From the NCBI GenBank assembly GCA_035342015.1, contig DAOQWI010000002.1, positions 1 to 56,418 on the forward strand: a DNA stretch of 56,418 nt, written 5' to 3'. Of this stretch, positions 8,896 to 18,293 are shown one piece after another; positions within the stretch are counted from its first letter, which is position 1, and each line of letters opens with the position of its first letter. Both the position numbers and the translations under genes were made by a program. Source of the stretch: Candidatus Ozemobacteraceae bacterium. GTDB taxonomy: Bacteria > Muiribacteriota > Ozemobacteria > Ozemobacterales > Ozemobacteraceae. Below the pieces are notes generated by a model, which was given only the letters and a program-made list of their open reading frames with translations, was not told the origin of the DNA and ran no database searches.

Positions 8896-9428
8896 TTTTT
8901 ACCTCCTGGGAGAGGCTTCCAGAACTGATCAGCTCCGGCCGGAACCGGCGGGTAAATTCTTCCTGTCCAGGTAAAATCATTTGCCTGTTTTGCCGGATCA
9001 CGCAGCAGCATATAGACGTCGAATCCATCAGAAACCCTTTTAACTGTCATTTCAGCAAGGTATTCAGAGGCAAGAAACTGCTTGCGGCCATCAGATTCAG
9101 TTCTCGAAAAGGCTTTGCCGCCACCGCGACTCTCGACCGCATAGGATACGTGCCGATTACCCGGCATGCCAACCTTGAATTCGGTTTTTCCCACCCAGGC
9201 GTCACCAGATTCGGGCTTAAAAACAATTTTTTCCGCATCTGACCTGGCAATGTCATTGCGCATGATGGTCATAATCCAGGAAGCCTGGTTGGAAGCAAGA
9301 GCGTTGAAGCTGCCGCGGGCAACGTTCGACGCGCCACGCGACATGGCAATGATGACCCCGCCGGCAATAATGGTGAAAATGCCAACGCTGATCAGCAGCT
9401 CCGTAAAGGTAAAAGCGCGCCTGTTCAT
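8892..9428 (-). CDS. Pseudopilin with prepilin-type N-terminal cleavage/methylation motif
   Basis: 178 aa. The N-terminus MNRRAFTFTELLISVGIFTIIAGGVIIAM matches a class III signal peptide: basic leader, small residue, F-T-x-x-E with Glu at +5, then a hydrophobic helix. ATGA overlap with the upstream gene at 9425..9428. Confidence 0.8.
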   Translation of the reverse strand: MNRRAFTFTELLISVGIFTIIAGGVIIAMSRGASNVARGSFNALASNQASWIMTIMRNDIARSDAEKIVFKPESGDAWVGKTEFKVGMPGNRHVSYAVESRGGGKAFSRTESDGRKQFLASEYLAEMTVKRVSDGFDVYMLLRDPAKQANDFTWTGRIYPPVPAGADQFWKPLPGGKK

Positions 9429-9871
9429 CTGCGTTTTCCTATAAATGTCGAAAGCTCATAGTCTTTCTGTGGTGTTCCGACCTTCTCTTTTGACTTGTAA
9501 TTGAGGATCAGCCTGACAATCTTGCCATATTCAGGCCCGGTGGCAGGATGTTTGTCGATTTTCAGCCGGGCCTCCACCTCCATGTAAGCAGGGAAACTGC
9601 CTACGTGCACGTCAATTTTGCTCGTGTTTCCGAGACTGATCTTGCCTTCGCTCACCGGAGCAAAGCTGATTTCGCCAACCTCAGGCTGCCAGCCGGAATT
9701 CTCGATCTGCTCCAGAATTTCTGCGGCAATCTGACTGGCTCTTATTTCATCAGCAGACAAGGTTACCTGCTTGTGCGAGGAGCCCATTAAACCCCACAAT
9801 GGAACCATAGCCGCCACCATTATACCGCTGGCGAAAAGAATTTCGAGCAACGAAACGCCTCTTCTGTTCAT
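9425..9871 (-). CDS. Small pseudopilin (GspI/minor-pilin-like)
   Basis: 148 aa. The N-terminus is MNRRGVSLLEILFASGIMVAAMVPLWGL, with G|VSLLE placing Glu at +5. Size and position next to a K-like protein fit a minor pseudopilin. ATGA overlap at 9868..9871. Confidence 0.75.
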   Translation of the reverse strand: MNRRGVSLLEILFASGIMVAAMVPLWGLMGSSHKQVTLSADEIRASQIAAEILEQIENSGWQPEVGEISFAPVSEGKISLGNTSKIDVHVGSFPAYMEVEARLKIDKHPATGPEYGKIVRLILNYKSKEKVGTPQKDYELSTFIGKRR

Positions 9872-12057
9872 ATTTCGCCTCCTGACGGCCCAATGACCAC
9901 ACCGACAAAGTTTTCGACCGGGTTGACCGTCGGGTCAAAACTCTGGTTGTACATGATGCCGCCGCCCCCGGCAAAGTTATCTGGATCAAGCGTATGGGCA
10001 GCAATGCCACCAAAAAGCTGTAACGGGGCCTGTTTGCTGGCTGGTTTAACCTCGCCATCCGACTTGTCGAGAGCGACCAGATAAGCAAGTGTCGGGTGCT
10101 GACCGCTGTTGCGAACGGTAATCGCTCCTTTTTCGGCAAGAATCATCAGCTGCGCCTTTTCGGGATTATCAGCACTTCTGAATGTTCCAACTTCGATCGG
10201 GCCGTCAACAATGATGGCCCCCCCTGAGGTGGCGCCAAGGTTATCACCCATTTTCAGGCCTTTTCCACCGGTTTTGACTCTGACGACAGCATTAGCCAGG
10301 TTGAAGTCGCTGTTTTGAGCCGAACAGAACGCGGATTTCAGCACGGCAAAAACATCCTGATGCTTTGCTGCATCGATTTCGTAGCAGACCCTCGGTGTAA
10401 GGCCCAGAGCCGGGTCTTTGCTGTCTGGAATGGTGTCGATCTGCAGCTTGCTCTGATCGGTTCCGAGGACCGGCAGATCAAAGTTCATGTTGTTGATTGG
10501 CAGAACCGATCTGTCGGGTGGGATATTGATGCTCTGAGTATTCTTGGAATACTGCGCAATAAGACTGTAGGTTTCGTCATATGAACAAAAGTCAGCCTTG
10601 CTCATGATCTTTTCGTAAGAAATCAGGTTGCCGAGCGCTGAATAAGGCAGTTTGATGAAAAAATCCTCCATCTCACTCAGGTCAGGCACGCCCAAAACCG
10701 CATCTGGAGGAGCGGGCAGATAGATCAGATTCTTATCGACAAAAACATCCTTGAGAAAGGTCTTGTCGATATCTTTAAGCTTGCCGGGTATAAGATTGCG
10801 CTTTTTGCCAGAATATTTGTCGTAATCTTTCTGCGGCAGCCCGACAACCGCGCCAACCGGTGGCTCGGCCCCGGTACCGGGAATAAGATAACTGAGTTCA
10901 AGAAAACGGTCGTAAACCCGGCCCGTTACCCGCGTAATACTGATACGACGGTCGTTTTCACCGGTTCCAGCCTCGCCGAACAGATGCAGAAAAGAGCTGT
11001 TCCACCATTTTTTTTCCTTGTCCGGTTTATGTTCGCGAAACTGAAATTCAAGAATTTTTTTCCACATGTCGGAAGAAGGACCGTCGACAACGGCATTCGA
11101 AAACCCCCAGCGGGCAATGCGAAACACCATCTGATGCCCGTTTACCGGCCAGCCCGTGAAGCCATCAAAATTAAGCAACAGGGTGATCGGGTTTTCGGCA
11201 GTTGGAAAATATGAATGATAGCGCTGCCCAAACTTTCGATGCCCGGCTGCCCGGTTCAAAAGCAGGTTACCGCCACCAAGATATATCCAGCCACGTTTTT
11301 TCCAGATTTCGGCCTGCTTATTGAAGTGATCGCCCGCCAGCCCATTGTCTATGATAATCGGCCGGTTAGAGCCGGGTGCAGTATCACCGGTTGCAGGCGA
11401 ATCGATCGACACCGTGTTGAATTTGACCGGATCATTCTCGTCAGTAGCTTCGCGCAGATAAAGGGTATACTTGGTCAATGGCATCGGGAATGGAATCACA
11501 ACCCTGAAAGGCCTGGTTTCCTGCCATTCTTCACGTGTATTGCCGATGAATACTTCGACGGTCAGAGTCATTCTACCGCCCTTTTCACAGTCAAAAAACA
11601 GTTCCTTATCGGTTTTATAATCGCTCAGAAGCCTGATATCCGAGAATTTTACGTCATAATTCACCGAGACATCTTTTGTTGGCTCTTCACCGAACAGTTT
11701 TTTCACAAAACCATCAACGTCGGCATTGGCTAACCAGATTTTCTTGAACTCCGAAGCAAGCGTGTCAGGGTCATTATGAACAAATATCTTGTTGCGCAGA
11801 GCATACCCGGGTGAAGCCGGGTCTTTGGCGTTGGCGGCATTCAGGTCTTCTTTCAGTTTACAGACAAGCATTCTGGCAGCTGCCTGAGCGCATTTCATCG
11901 CCCGCAGATGTTTGAGAATCTCACGGCTTTCGTTGAATTTTCCCTGAACCAGATGGTTATAGGCCATAACCAGAATTGTCAGAACAAAAATACCGCCAAG
12001 CACGACAAAAAGAACCACACCGCGGCGTTTGGCAAAAAACCTTGTGTCAGTCAGCAT
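9868..12057 (-). CDS. Large GspK/PilX-like minor pseudopilin-like protein
   Basis: 729 aa. The N-terminus KRRGVVLFVVLGGIFVLTILVMAYNHLV resembles GspK-type pseudopilins: RG-V-x-L, hydrophobic helix, and no Glu at +5. It is followed by a large globular region with no motif I recognise. Its start (12057) overlaps the upstream TAXI gene by 11 nt. Confidence 0.5.
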   Translation of the reverse strand: MLTDTRFFAKRRGVVLFVVLGGIFVLTILVMAYNHLVQGKFNESREILKHLRAMKCAQAAARMLVCKLKEDLNAANAKDPASPGYALRNKIFVHNDPDTLASEFKKIWLANADVDGFVKKLFGEEPTKDVSVNYDVKFSDIRLLSDYKTDKELFFDCEKGGRMTLTVEVFIGNTREEWQETRPFRVVIPFPMPLTKYTLYLREATDENDPVKFNTVSIDSPATGDTAPGSNRPIIIDNGLAGDHFNKQAEIWKKRGWIYLGGGNLLLNRAAGHRKFGQRYHSYFPTAENPITLLLNFDGFTGWPVNGHQMVFRIARWGFSNAVVDGPSSDMWKKILEFQFREHKPDKEKKWWNSSFLHLFGEAGTGENDRRISITRVTGRVYDRFLELSYLIPGTGAEPPVGAVVGLPQKDYDKYSGKKRNLIPGKLKDIDKTFLKDVFVDKNLIYLPAPPDAVLGVPDLSEMEDFFIKLPYSALGNLISYEKIMSKADFCSYDETYSLIAQYSKNTQSINIPPDRSVLPINNMNFDLPVLGTDQSKLQIDTIPDSKDPALGLTPRVCYEIDAAKHQDVFAVLKSAFCSAQNSDFNLANAVVRVKTGGKGLKMGDNLGATSGGAIIVDGPIEVGTFRSADNPEKAQLMILAEKGAITVRNSGQHPTLAYLVALDKSDGEVKPASKQAPLQLFGGIAAHTLDPDNFAGGGGIMYNQSFDPTVNPVENFVGVVIGPSGGEI

Positions 12058-13096
12058 CAGAGGCGCCCTCCTCTGCCTGTCCGGTTTTATGACGATTCAG
12101 CCAGTCGATGGTTCCCTGGTGGATTGGCACGCCGATTTCTTCAAGAATGGCTTTTGCCTTGAGCGGGTCAGACGGAATTGCGGCGGTCGCCTGGTGCTTC
12201 ATCTTCAGATGCGTTGAAGCCTTCACAAGCAGGTCGGTAATGAGCTCAACTGTCGCAGCCGGTGTTTTATCAGTAGTTACAAGGACATTGGGCAACCCGA
12301 TGGTCTGAATCGATGGTTGTGAATCGCCGTAAAAACCGGCCGGAATCGAGTAGATTCGCGCCGTCGCGACCTTCTGCAGTATTTTCTGCAACTGCTGCTG
12401 ATTAAGGCTGACGAGGGTGCAGTCATGAAAAATCAGGGCATCAGAAACCGTGCGGTTTGGCATACCGGCCTGAATGGTTGCAAAACCCACCTGTCCAGTT
12501 GAAACGGCGCTCAAAACGGCATCAGGCGGCAGATCGAGGCTGCTGAAATCATCACCAAACCCGAGTGAAGAAAGAATCTCTTTTGACGTTCGAAAAGTAG
12601 ATGAATTTTTCTGGCCAAGAAAGCCGCGCAGGCGGCCCGGAAATTCACGTGATGGTTCAAAACCTTGTGGTGTCTTAACCAGGTGAACGACATCTTCCCA
12701 GAGGGGCCATACAATGCGAATGGATGAACTGGCGTCGGCGGCCCAGGTTTCGCAGGCAATACGGCTTTCGACCATGCCAAGCATGATGCGGCCTTCGCGC
12801 AGCAACCTGACATTGTCAACTGAACCGTTGGTTTCAACGGCTTTGAAAACTCCGCCTTCGGCATCAAAATGACTGTTAAACCAGTCAGCCAGGATATTAC
12901 CGACAGGGAAATAGGTTCCGAGACGATTTCCAGTGCCAATCAGCTGATAGGCAGAAGAATAAAGCTGCGGCGGCAGCGGGGCTTCTACTTCTCTGACCGG
13001 TTCAGGAGCACTCAGAAGAAGAATCGCAATAATTGCCAGCACCAGAAAACACGGCCAGGCAAAGGCTGGAATGTTACCGGAATTTCGCTTCAGCAC
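12047..13096 (-). CDS. TAXI-family (TRAP-associated, NMT1/PhnD-like) periplasmic solute-binding protein, membrane-anchored
   Basis: 349 aa. N-terminal anchor is IPAFAWPCFLVLAIIAILLL. TAXI-like strings are present in the usual order: IGTGNRLGTYFPVGNILADWFN, VETNGSVDNVRLLREGRIMLGMVES, GQKNSSTFRTSKEILSSLGF, IQAGMPNRTVSDAL, IPAGFYG, GVPIHQGTIDWLNRH. The GTG start at 13096 has a GGAAGG SD 7 nt upstream. Confidence 0.8.
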   Translation of the reverse strand: MLKRNSGNIPAFAWPCFLVLAIIAILLLSAPEPVREVEAPLPPQLYSSAYQLIGTGNRLGTYFPVGNILADWFNSHFDAEGGVFKAVETNGSVDNVRLLREGRIMLGMVESRIACETWAADASSSIRIVWPLWEDVVHLVKTPQGFEPSREFPGRLRGFLGQKNSSTFRTSKEILSSLGFGDDFSSLDLPPDAVLSAVSTGQVGFATIQAGMPNRTVSDALIFHDCTLVSLNQQQLQKILQKVATARIYSIPAGFYGDSQPSIQTIGLPNVLVTTDKTPAATVELITDLLVKASTHLKMKHQATAAIPSDPLKAKAILEEIGVPIHQGTIDWLNRHKTGQAEEGASDAD

Positions 13097-13133
13097 TCAT
13101 TGGCCTTCCGTGCCCGACACGACACAAGCAAAC

Positions 13134-13919
13134 TCAGCGCACGATAATGCGATAGTTTACGGGCATCTTGAAATCGTATTTCTTGATCGAGTCGTTAAAA
13201 GCCTTATCATCGCCTTTGGCGCTGGCGCTTTTTTCTTTGGTTTCAACCGGCTTTTCAGATTCATTCTTTACTGTCACGGTTTTGTCGGCCTGTGCCGGCG
13301 CCGGTACAGCTTTTTTCACGACCTCGCTCTGTGCGGGCTGCGATTTTTTTTGTTTTTTCTGTTTTTTATACTTTTTGCCGGAAGATCGCTTGCCGGTCTT
13401 TTTGATTTTCTTTTCTTCGACTTTGGGCTGGGCCTGTTCAACGACGGGCTTTTCTTCAACCGGCGCTGCCTGTGGAGCAACCGCCTGAGGTGCTATCGGG
13501 GTTGTTTCTTCTTTTACAGCATTTTCAGAAGGCTGCATTTTATCGATATCCGCCATGGCAATGCTCAACGGCTCGGTACGACCCTGCGATTCGCGAATCT
13601 TGATAAGCGCCGCGGCAAGAGCTTTGCCGGCAATGTAATCTTCATAAGAAGAGTTTTCTACGACTTTGGCCACAACTGTCTCAGGAATTGACTGGTCGGC
13701 GCCGTAAACTCTCTGTCTGAGCCGGCCCAGGGCAAGCGCAAGGTCTCGGCCCGGAATATACGAAGTGCTTTCGACCGCCGGAGCAACAGCTACCTGCTGT
13801 GCGAGTCGGCCTCTCATTTCCTCAATGGCCACCTGAGCCTCTTTCGACAATGCGTCGGCTCTTGTGCCAGCCATCAAGCATAAAAAAACCAGTAAATAAA
13901 TCAAATAATGACTTTTCAT
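13134..13919 (-). CDS. Secreted Lys/Glu/Pro-rich protein of unknown function
   Basis: 261 aa. Signal peptide is MKSHYLIYLLVFLCLMAGTRADA. A highly basic tract is present (KKIKKTGKRSSGKKYKKQKKQKKSQ). A strong AGGAGAAGG SD lies directly upstream of ATG 13919. Confidence 0.65.
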   Translation of the reverse strand: MKSHYLIYLLVFLCLMAGTRADALSKEAQVAIEEMRGRLAQQVAVAPAVESTSYIPGRDLALALGRLRQRVYGADQSIPETVVAKVVENSSYEDYIAGKALAAALIKIRESQGRTEPLSIAMADIDKMQPSENAVKEETTPIAPQAVAPQAAPVEEKPVVEQAQPKVEEKKIKKTGKRSSGKKYKKQKKQKKSQPAQSEVVKKAVPAPAQADKTVTVKNESEKPVETKEKSASAKGDDKAFNDSIKKYDFKMPVNYRIIVR

Positions 13920-13937
13920 GCCTTCTCCTGACTATCT

Positions 13938-13953
13938 AACAAAACTCCTGCCA
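13938..13953 (-). promoter_or_regulatory. Near-consensus sigma54 (-24/-12) element upstream of the secreted-protein/TAXI/pseudopilin genes
   Basis: The minus strand reads TGGCAG-GAGTT-TTGT, with GG-N10-GT spacing. This matches TGGCAC-N5-TTGC except that the conserved -12 C is T. It lies about 19 nt upstream of ATG 13919. Confidence 0.25.
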
Positions 13954-13983
13954 TATTATCACCAATAGTTTCTATCGGCAACA

Positions 13984-16128
13984 CTAAAAAATCGGCATAC
14001 CACATTTTGTACAAAATTTTTCCTGCATGTTATTTTCGCTGCCACAATTTTGACATTCAATAACCTTTTTCCCCTCGATCTTGATGTTCTGTTTCATATC
14101 TTCTTCTTTCATGCCAGGTGGAATGCGCATTGGCGGAGGCTCGGGTGCTGCTTTTGGCTCTGAGCCTCCAACCGAGGTTGCAATGTGGCTGATGCTCTTG
14201 CCGAGGAGCTCACTGAAATTAACCTCGGGTTTGGCACGCTTAACATGAAAGATCTCAATAGGCATCGATTTGCCTTTAACCATAATCGACTCGCGCTGCT
14301 CGACTTCGAAATAATCAGCAACTTTTTCATAGGTTGATCTCGTGATAAAAAGTTCCATACCCTTGGCTACAGACATGACGCGCGCAGCCAGGTTGACGTT
14401 ATCGCCGATGACTGTATATGACAGCTGCTTTTCACTGCCCATATAACCAGCTGTAACCACGCCGGTGTTGACCCCGACACCAATTTCGATAACCGGCTTA
14501 CCCTCTTTGCGCCAGCGCTCCTGCAGTTCCCGCAATGCATCAAGCATGCGAACACCGCAGAGAACAGCCCTTATTGGGTCGTCGTCCCGGGCAACCGGCG
14601 CACCAAAAAGCGCCATAAGTTCGTCACCGACATATTTGTCAAGGGTCCCTTCAAGTTCCATCAGAATGTCGGTCATTCTCGTAAAGTAAACGTTGAGCTG
14701 CTCTACGATATCGGTTGGATCCATGTTTTCAGACATTTTGGTAAAACCGCGGATATCAGAGAAAAACATGGTGACTTCACACTTGCTGCCGCCAAGTTTG
14801 AGACCTGAAGGGTCTGACATGATCATTTCTGCAACACTCGGCGACACGATACGCGCCAGACTTCCCTTCAACTCTTCATTTTTCTTCAGCTGGTCTTCAC
14901 TGAGCTTCTGCGCTGAAACCAGGTCGTCCATGGTGGCCGAATACAGCTTTGCATTCTTCATAACCAGGCCGGCAATATCGCCACAGGTTGCCAGCAGATT
15001 CTGGTCATCACGCGTATAATCCGGATTGTTCATCTGTTCGACATTGATAATAGCAAACAACTTGCCTTCAGCATAAATCGGAGCGGCCATAAGGGTTTTA
15101 AGGGCGCCCTGCCCGATCAGCCCCTTCATTTTCGGGTCCATTTCACATTCTTTCACCCCAAGAGCACCGGCTCCGCCGGTGACCTCATTCATCCGCTGGC
15201 GAAGAAGATAGGTGATCATACTGTTCTCTTCGTGCGGAATCTCTATTTCCTTCCATTCCTTCGGCTTCATGCCGATCGCTTTAACGATCCTGAATTTGCC
15301 TTCTTTTTCGTCGTTTAGCAGCAGCTGAACCTTCTGTGAATCGAGGCCCTTGGAAATGATTTCGACGATATTGTTAAAAATCTGGTCGCGGTCAAGACTC
15401 TTGGTAAGGTTCTTGATACGCATAAGAGTCGTGGTAAGCTTCATCGATCGCTTGCTGAACTCATCACGTATTTCACGCATTTCACGTTCCATACGTTCTT
15501 CAGCCGTTTCGACCTTAGCCGGAGGTTCATCTCCAGCCTTATCTTCAGCTTTTTCTGCACCATCAGGAGTATTACCGCCCTCTGCTGCGGCCGATTCCGG
15601 CTCTTTATCGCTCTTAAGGGCACTGTCGAGTTTATCGTCTTTATCTTTATTTTTCTTCTGTGCCTTTTCACGATATTTCGCGGCTGCGGCCGGGTCTACA
15701 CGAGTTTTCAGCGCGCCACCGCCCTCAACCTGATCGCGACCTTCAGCGCCAACAGCTTTCAACTGCTCAGATCGGAAAAACAGATAGACGAGAAAACCGG
15801 CAGTAAAAAGCACAAGAATTGAGTAGACTTCCCACCACTCTTCAATCGGAAACTTCTCCGGCTTGAACTTGATCGCGATGGTCGCAGCCGCCAGCAATAC
15901 TGGCAAAGCAAATGACAGAAGCTTTATTGCAATTTTTTCGCCAAGAACGCCAAGAACACCAGCAATAGCAAAGACGTAAAAATAAGAAAAAAACCACTGG
16001 TAAATCCGCGGCACCTTGTTGGTAAATACAAGAACTGCCAGCAACAGAACCACCACACTGCCAATTATTCCGAGAATATCCGGCAGACGGTCTTTTAAGC
16101 TCTTGGCTTCCTGCGTTTCTTCAGCCAT
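13984..16128 (-). CDS. Membrane-bound class III adenylate/guanylate cyclase with GAF domain and C-terminal zinc ribbon
   Basis: 714 aa. It has about four N-terminal TM helices and a charged linker. A GAF-like region follows (IVEIISKGLDSQKVQLLLNDEKEGKFRIVKAIG...PIYAEGKLFAIINVEQ). The cyclase core is VTMFFSDIRGFTKMSE...KYVGDELMALFGAP...GVGVNTGVVTAGYMGS...YTVIGDNVNLAARV. The terminal zinc ribbon is CQNCGSENNMQEKFCTKCGMPIF. Confidence 0.9.
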   Translation of the reverse strand: MAEETQEAKSLKDRLPDILGIIGSVVVLLLAVLVFTNKVPRIYQWFFSYFYVFAIAGVLGVLGEKIAIKLLSFALPVLLAAATIAIKFKPEKFPIEEWWEVYSILVLFTAGFLVYLFFRSEQLKAVGAEGRDQVEGGGALKTRVDPAAAAKYREKAQKKNKDKDDKLDSALKSDKEPESAAAEGGNTPDGAEKAEDKAGDEPPAKVETAEERMEREMREIRDEFSKRSMKLTTTLMRIKNLTKSLDRDQIFNNIVEIISKGLDSQKVQLLLNDEKEGKFRIVKAIGMKPKEWKEIEIPHEENSMITYLLRQRMNEVTGGAGALGVKECEMDPKMKGLIGQGALKTLMAAPIYAEGKLFAIINVEQMNNPDYTRDDQNLLATCGDIAGLVMKNAKLYSATMDDLVSAQKLSEDQLKKNEELKGSLARIVSPSVAEMIMSDPSGLKLGGSKCEVTMFFSDIRGFTKMSENMDPTDIVEQLNVYFTRMTDILMELEGTLDKYVGDELMALFGAPVARDDDPIRAVLCGVRMLDALRELQERWRKEGKPVIEIGVGVNTGVVTAGYMGSEKQLSYTVIGDNVNLAARVMSVAKGMELFITRSTYEKVADYFEVEQRESIMVKGKSMPIEIFHVKRAKPEVNFSELLGKSISHIATSVGGSEPKAAPEPPPMRIPPGMKEEDMKQNIKIEGKKVIECQNCGSENNMQEKFCTKCGMPIF

Positions 16129-16183
16129 CTTTACCCCGTCACCACAAAATGCTCTATTATTGTTACATGGAACAACAATTTAT

Positions 16184-18262
16184 TCAAGAGCCGGTGCCGG
16201 TGGTTTCATTCATTAATCTTGTGGCATCGAAACTTTCAGGAGTCATATTGCCGAGGAGTTCTTCGGCTTCGCCATGGCGCCCTTCTAGACAGAGCAGATG
16301 ACCATACCAGGCACAGGCGCGGCCATTTCTCACTTTGCTCTTACAGGCTTCGGCAGCAAGCTTCATGGCTTCTTCTTTATTCCCCTCAGAAAGGGCGGCA
16401 ATGGACAAAATCACTTTTTTCAAAGAAGCCGTCTTTTCGCCACCATTGAGCTCTCCAACCCGGGCTTTCCACTTTGCCAGAGCTTCTTTTGCGTTCATCA
16501 TAAAATCCAGTTCAGAGAGCTCGGTAAGAATTTCAGCCTTCAGAAAAGGCAATTTTACACAATTCAAGGCTTTGCCAAGGTCGATGTGGGCCTGAACATA
16601 TTCTTTGAAGGCTGTGCCGCAACATCCAAGAATAAGCAGACACATGGCTGTTTCATCATTTGAAAACATCTTTGCACGTTTTTCAGAAAATCCGCGGATA
16701 ACCACGACTGCTGTCGCAAAATCCCCTTTGCGACAGCGCAGATAAGCATCCAGAAGCTGCCCGGATTCCAGTTGACTGGTTCCTTTAAAGGTTTCAAGAT
16801 ACTCATTTATGTTTCGCTGCGCTTCGACATAATCTTCGCGGCAGATCATTGCCAGAATCATCGATCGCCAGAGGGTAACAAAAGTTTTGCGGTCAAGACA
16901 CCCGAGAACCTTGCGACCGGTAAGAACGACTTCCTCAAAAGCGTCCTTTTCAAGCCCCTTGAGAGCCTGTGATTCAAGAATCTTGGCATCAGTAAAGCTG
17001 ATAGTGCCGTCTTTCTGAATATCCTTTCGATTAACGGCCACCACCCCTGAAAGCCCGGCAGCGCTTGCGACATTGAAAATGACGAAACGGCCAAGAGGCA
17101 TAATTATCATCGTCAGAAGAGCCAGAATACCACTCACAGCCATATATCCGGCCCGTGTTGCAAAGCCAAGGCGACTTTGAAAAACCAGTACAAAAATCAT
17201 GAAAAACCAGCAGAAAAACCAGATCCCGTAGAGTTCATACCTCAATGGCCTCTGTTCAGCCGGCAAAATGCTAAACGCCGGAAATACCAGAAACAACGCC
17301 AGCGCAACAAAATGACCGGCAACCAGAAGTTTGGGAATTATCCAGACACTGTCGAACGCAGAAAAATCACTCTGCATCGTTGCAATTATCATTTCGCGAA
17401 AACCCAGATGCTGGCCGGCCAGAAGAAATACGGTCGCAGCAATCAGATAGACAAAGTTATGCCAGATTGCCGAAGGTGCTGAAAGCATTGTGGCAAGAAA
17501 AATGAGTGCCCCAAACAGCCCGAGATAATAAATTACACCCACTACACCGTGAATACAGAGAGGGATACCCAGAACAAAAGAAACCGGAGCACTGTTGACA
17601 ACACTGTCAAGAAATGACTGTCCGCCTTCTTTTCTTGATATGTCTGCCAGTTGCTCACCCATTACTTCGCAGGTTTGATAGGCGCGAACAATATTTCCCA
17701 TCTCCATATCAAGATAATAAGTCAACAACAGGTCACTGTAAGGCAAGCCTTTGAAGGTATCATAACTGTTGAAATGCTTCAGACTCTCCTGATTCGAAGA
17801 AAATCCGAGCAAGCGCTCGACGGTAATTTTGCGTGTCAGGGCAACAACATTTTCGTTATTGGCCTCGATGGCTTTTCGATAGGCGGCACCCGCCTCCTCA
17901 AGAGAGCCTCTGGCAATGGCAATCTGGCCAAAAAGGGAGTGAATCTCCGACCGACCGGCTTTTGGCAGTTGATCAAGCGGAATAGCCCGCAATCTTTCAG
18001 CCGCCTTTTCATACATGCCAATTCTGGCAAGCAGTTTGCCAAGCTGCAACAGCGGCATCATGTTCTTCGGGTAAACTTCAAGCGCTTCTTCGTAAAGAAG
18101 CGCTGCGTCTTCAAATTCGCCACGCTCCTCAGCACGAACACCCTTCTGAACCAGAAGCTGCGATTTTTTCAGAAGAATTGCCCCGTCTTCTGCGCCCGAT
18201 GCTGAAACAACAAGCGCAAAAAACAGGCAGAAAGCCAGAAATATGAAAGAATTCCGTCTCAA
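16184..18262 (-). CDS. TPR-repeat polytopic membrane protein
   Basis: 692 aa. The TTG start at 18262 was verified in sequence, with GGAGG 4 nt upstream. The protein has a signal/anchor helix and N-terminal TPR-like repeats (AALLYEEALEVYPKNMMPLLQLGKLL). About 8 central TM helices follow, then C-terminal TPR-like repeats. Confidence 0.7.
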   Translation of the reverse strand: MRRNSFIFLAFCLFFALVVSASGAEDGAILLKKSQLLVQKGVRAEERGEFEDAALLYEEALEVYPKNMMPLLQLGKLLARIGMYEKAAERLRAIPLDQLPKAGRSEIHSLFGQIAIARGSLEEAGAAYRKAIEANNENVVALTRKITVERLLGFSSNQESLKHFNSYDTFKGLPYSDLLLTYYLDMEMGNIVRAYQTCEVMGEQLADISRKEGGQSFLDSVVNSAPVSFVLGIPLCIHGVVGVIYYLGLFGALIFLATMLSAPSAIWHNFVYLIAATVFLLAGQHLGFREMIIATMQSDFSAFDSVWIIPKLLVAGHFVALALFLVFPAFSILPAEQRPLRYELYGIWFFCWFFMIFVLVFQSRLGFATRAGYMAVSGILALLTMIIMPLGRFVIFNVASAAGLSGVVAVNRKDIQKDGTISFTDAKILESQALKGLEKDAFEEVVLTGRKVLGCLDRKTFVTLWRSMILAMICREDYVEAQRNINEYLETFKGTSQLESGQLLDAYLRCRKGDFATAVVVIRGFSEKRAKMFSNDETAMCLLILGCCGTAFKEYVQAHIDLGKALNCVKLPFLKAEILTELSELDFMMNAKEALAKWKARVGELNGGEKTASLKKVILSIAALSEGNKEEAMKLAAEACKSKVRNGRACAWYGHLLCLEGRHGEAEELLGNMTPESFDATRLMNETTGTGS

Positions 18263-18293
18263 AATACCTCCAGAATGTCTGCTGGCGGCGAAG

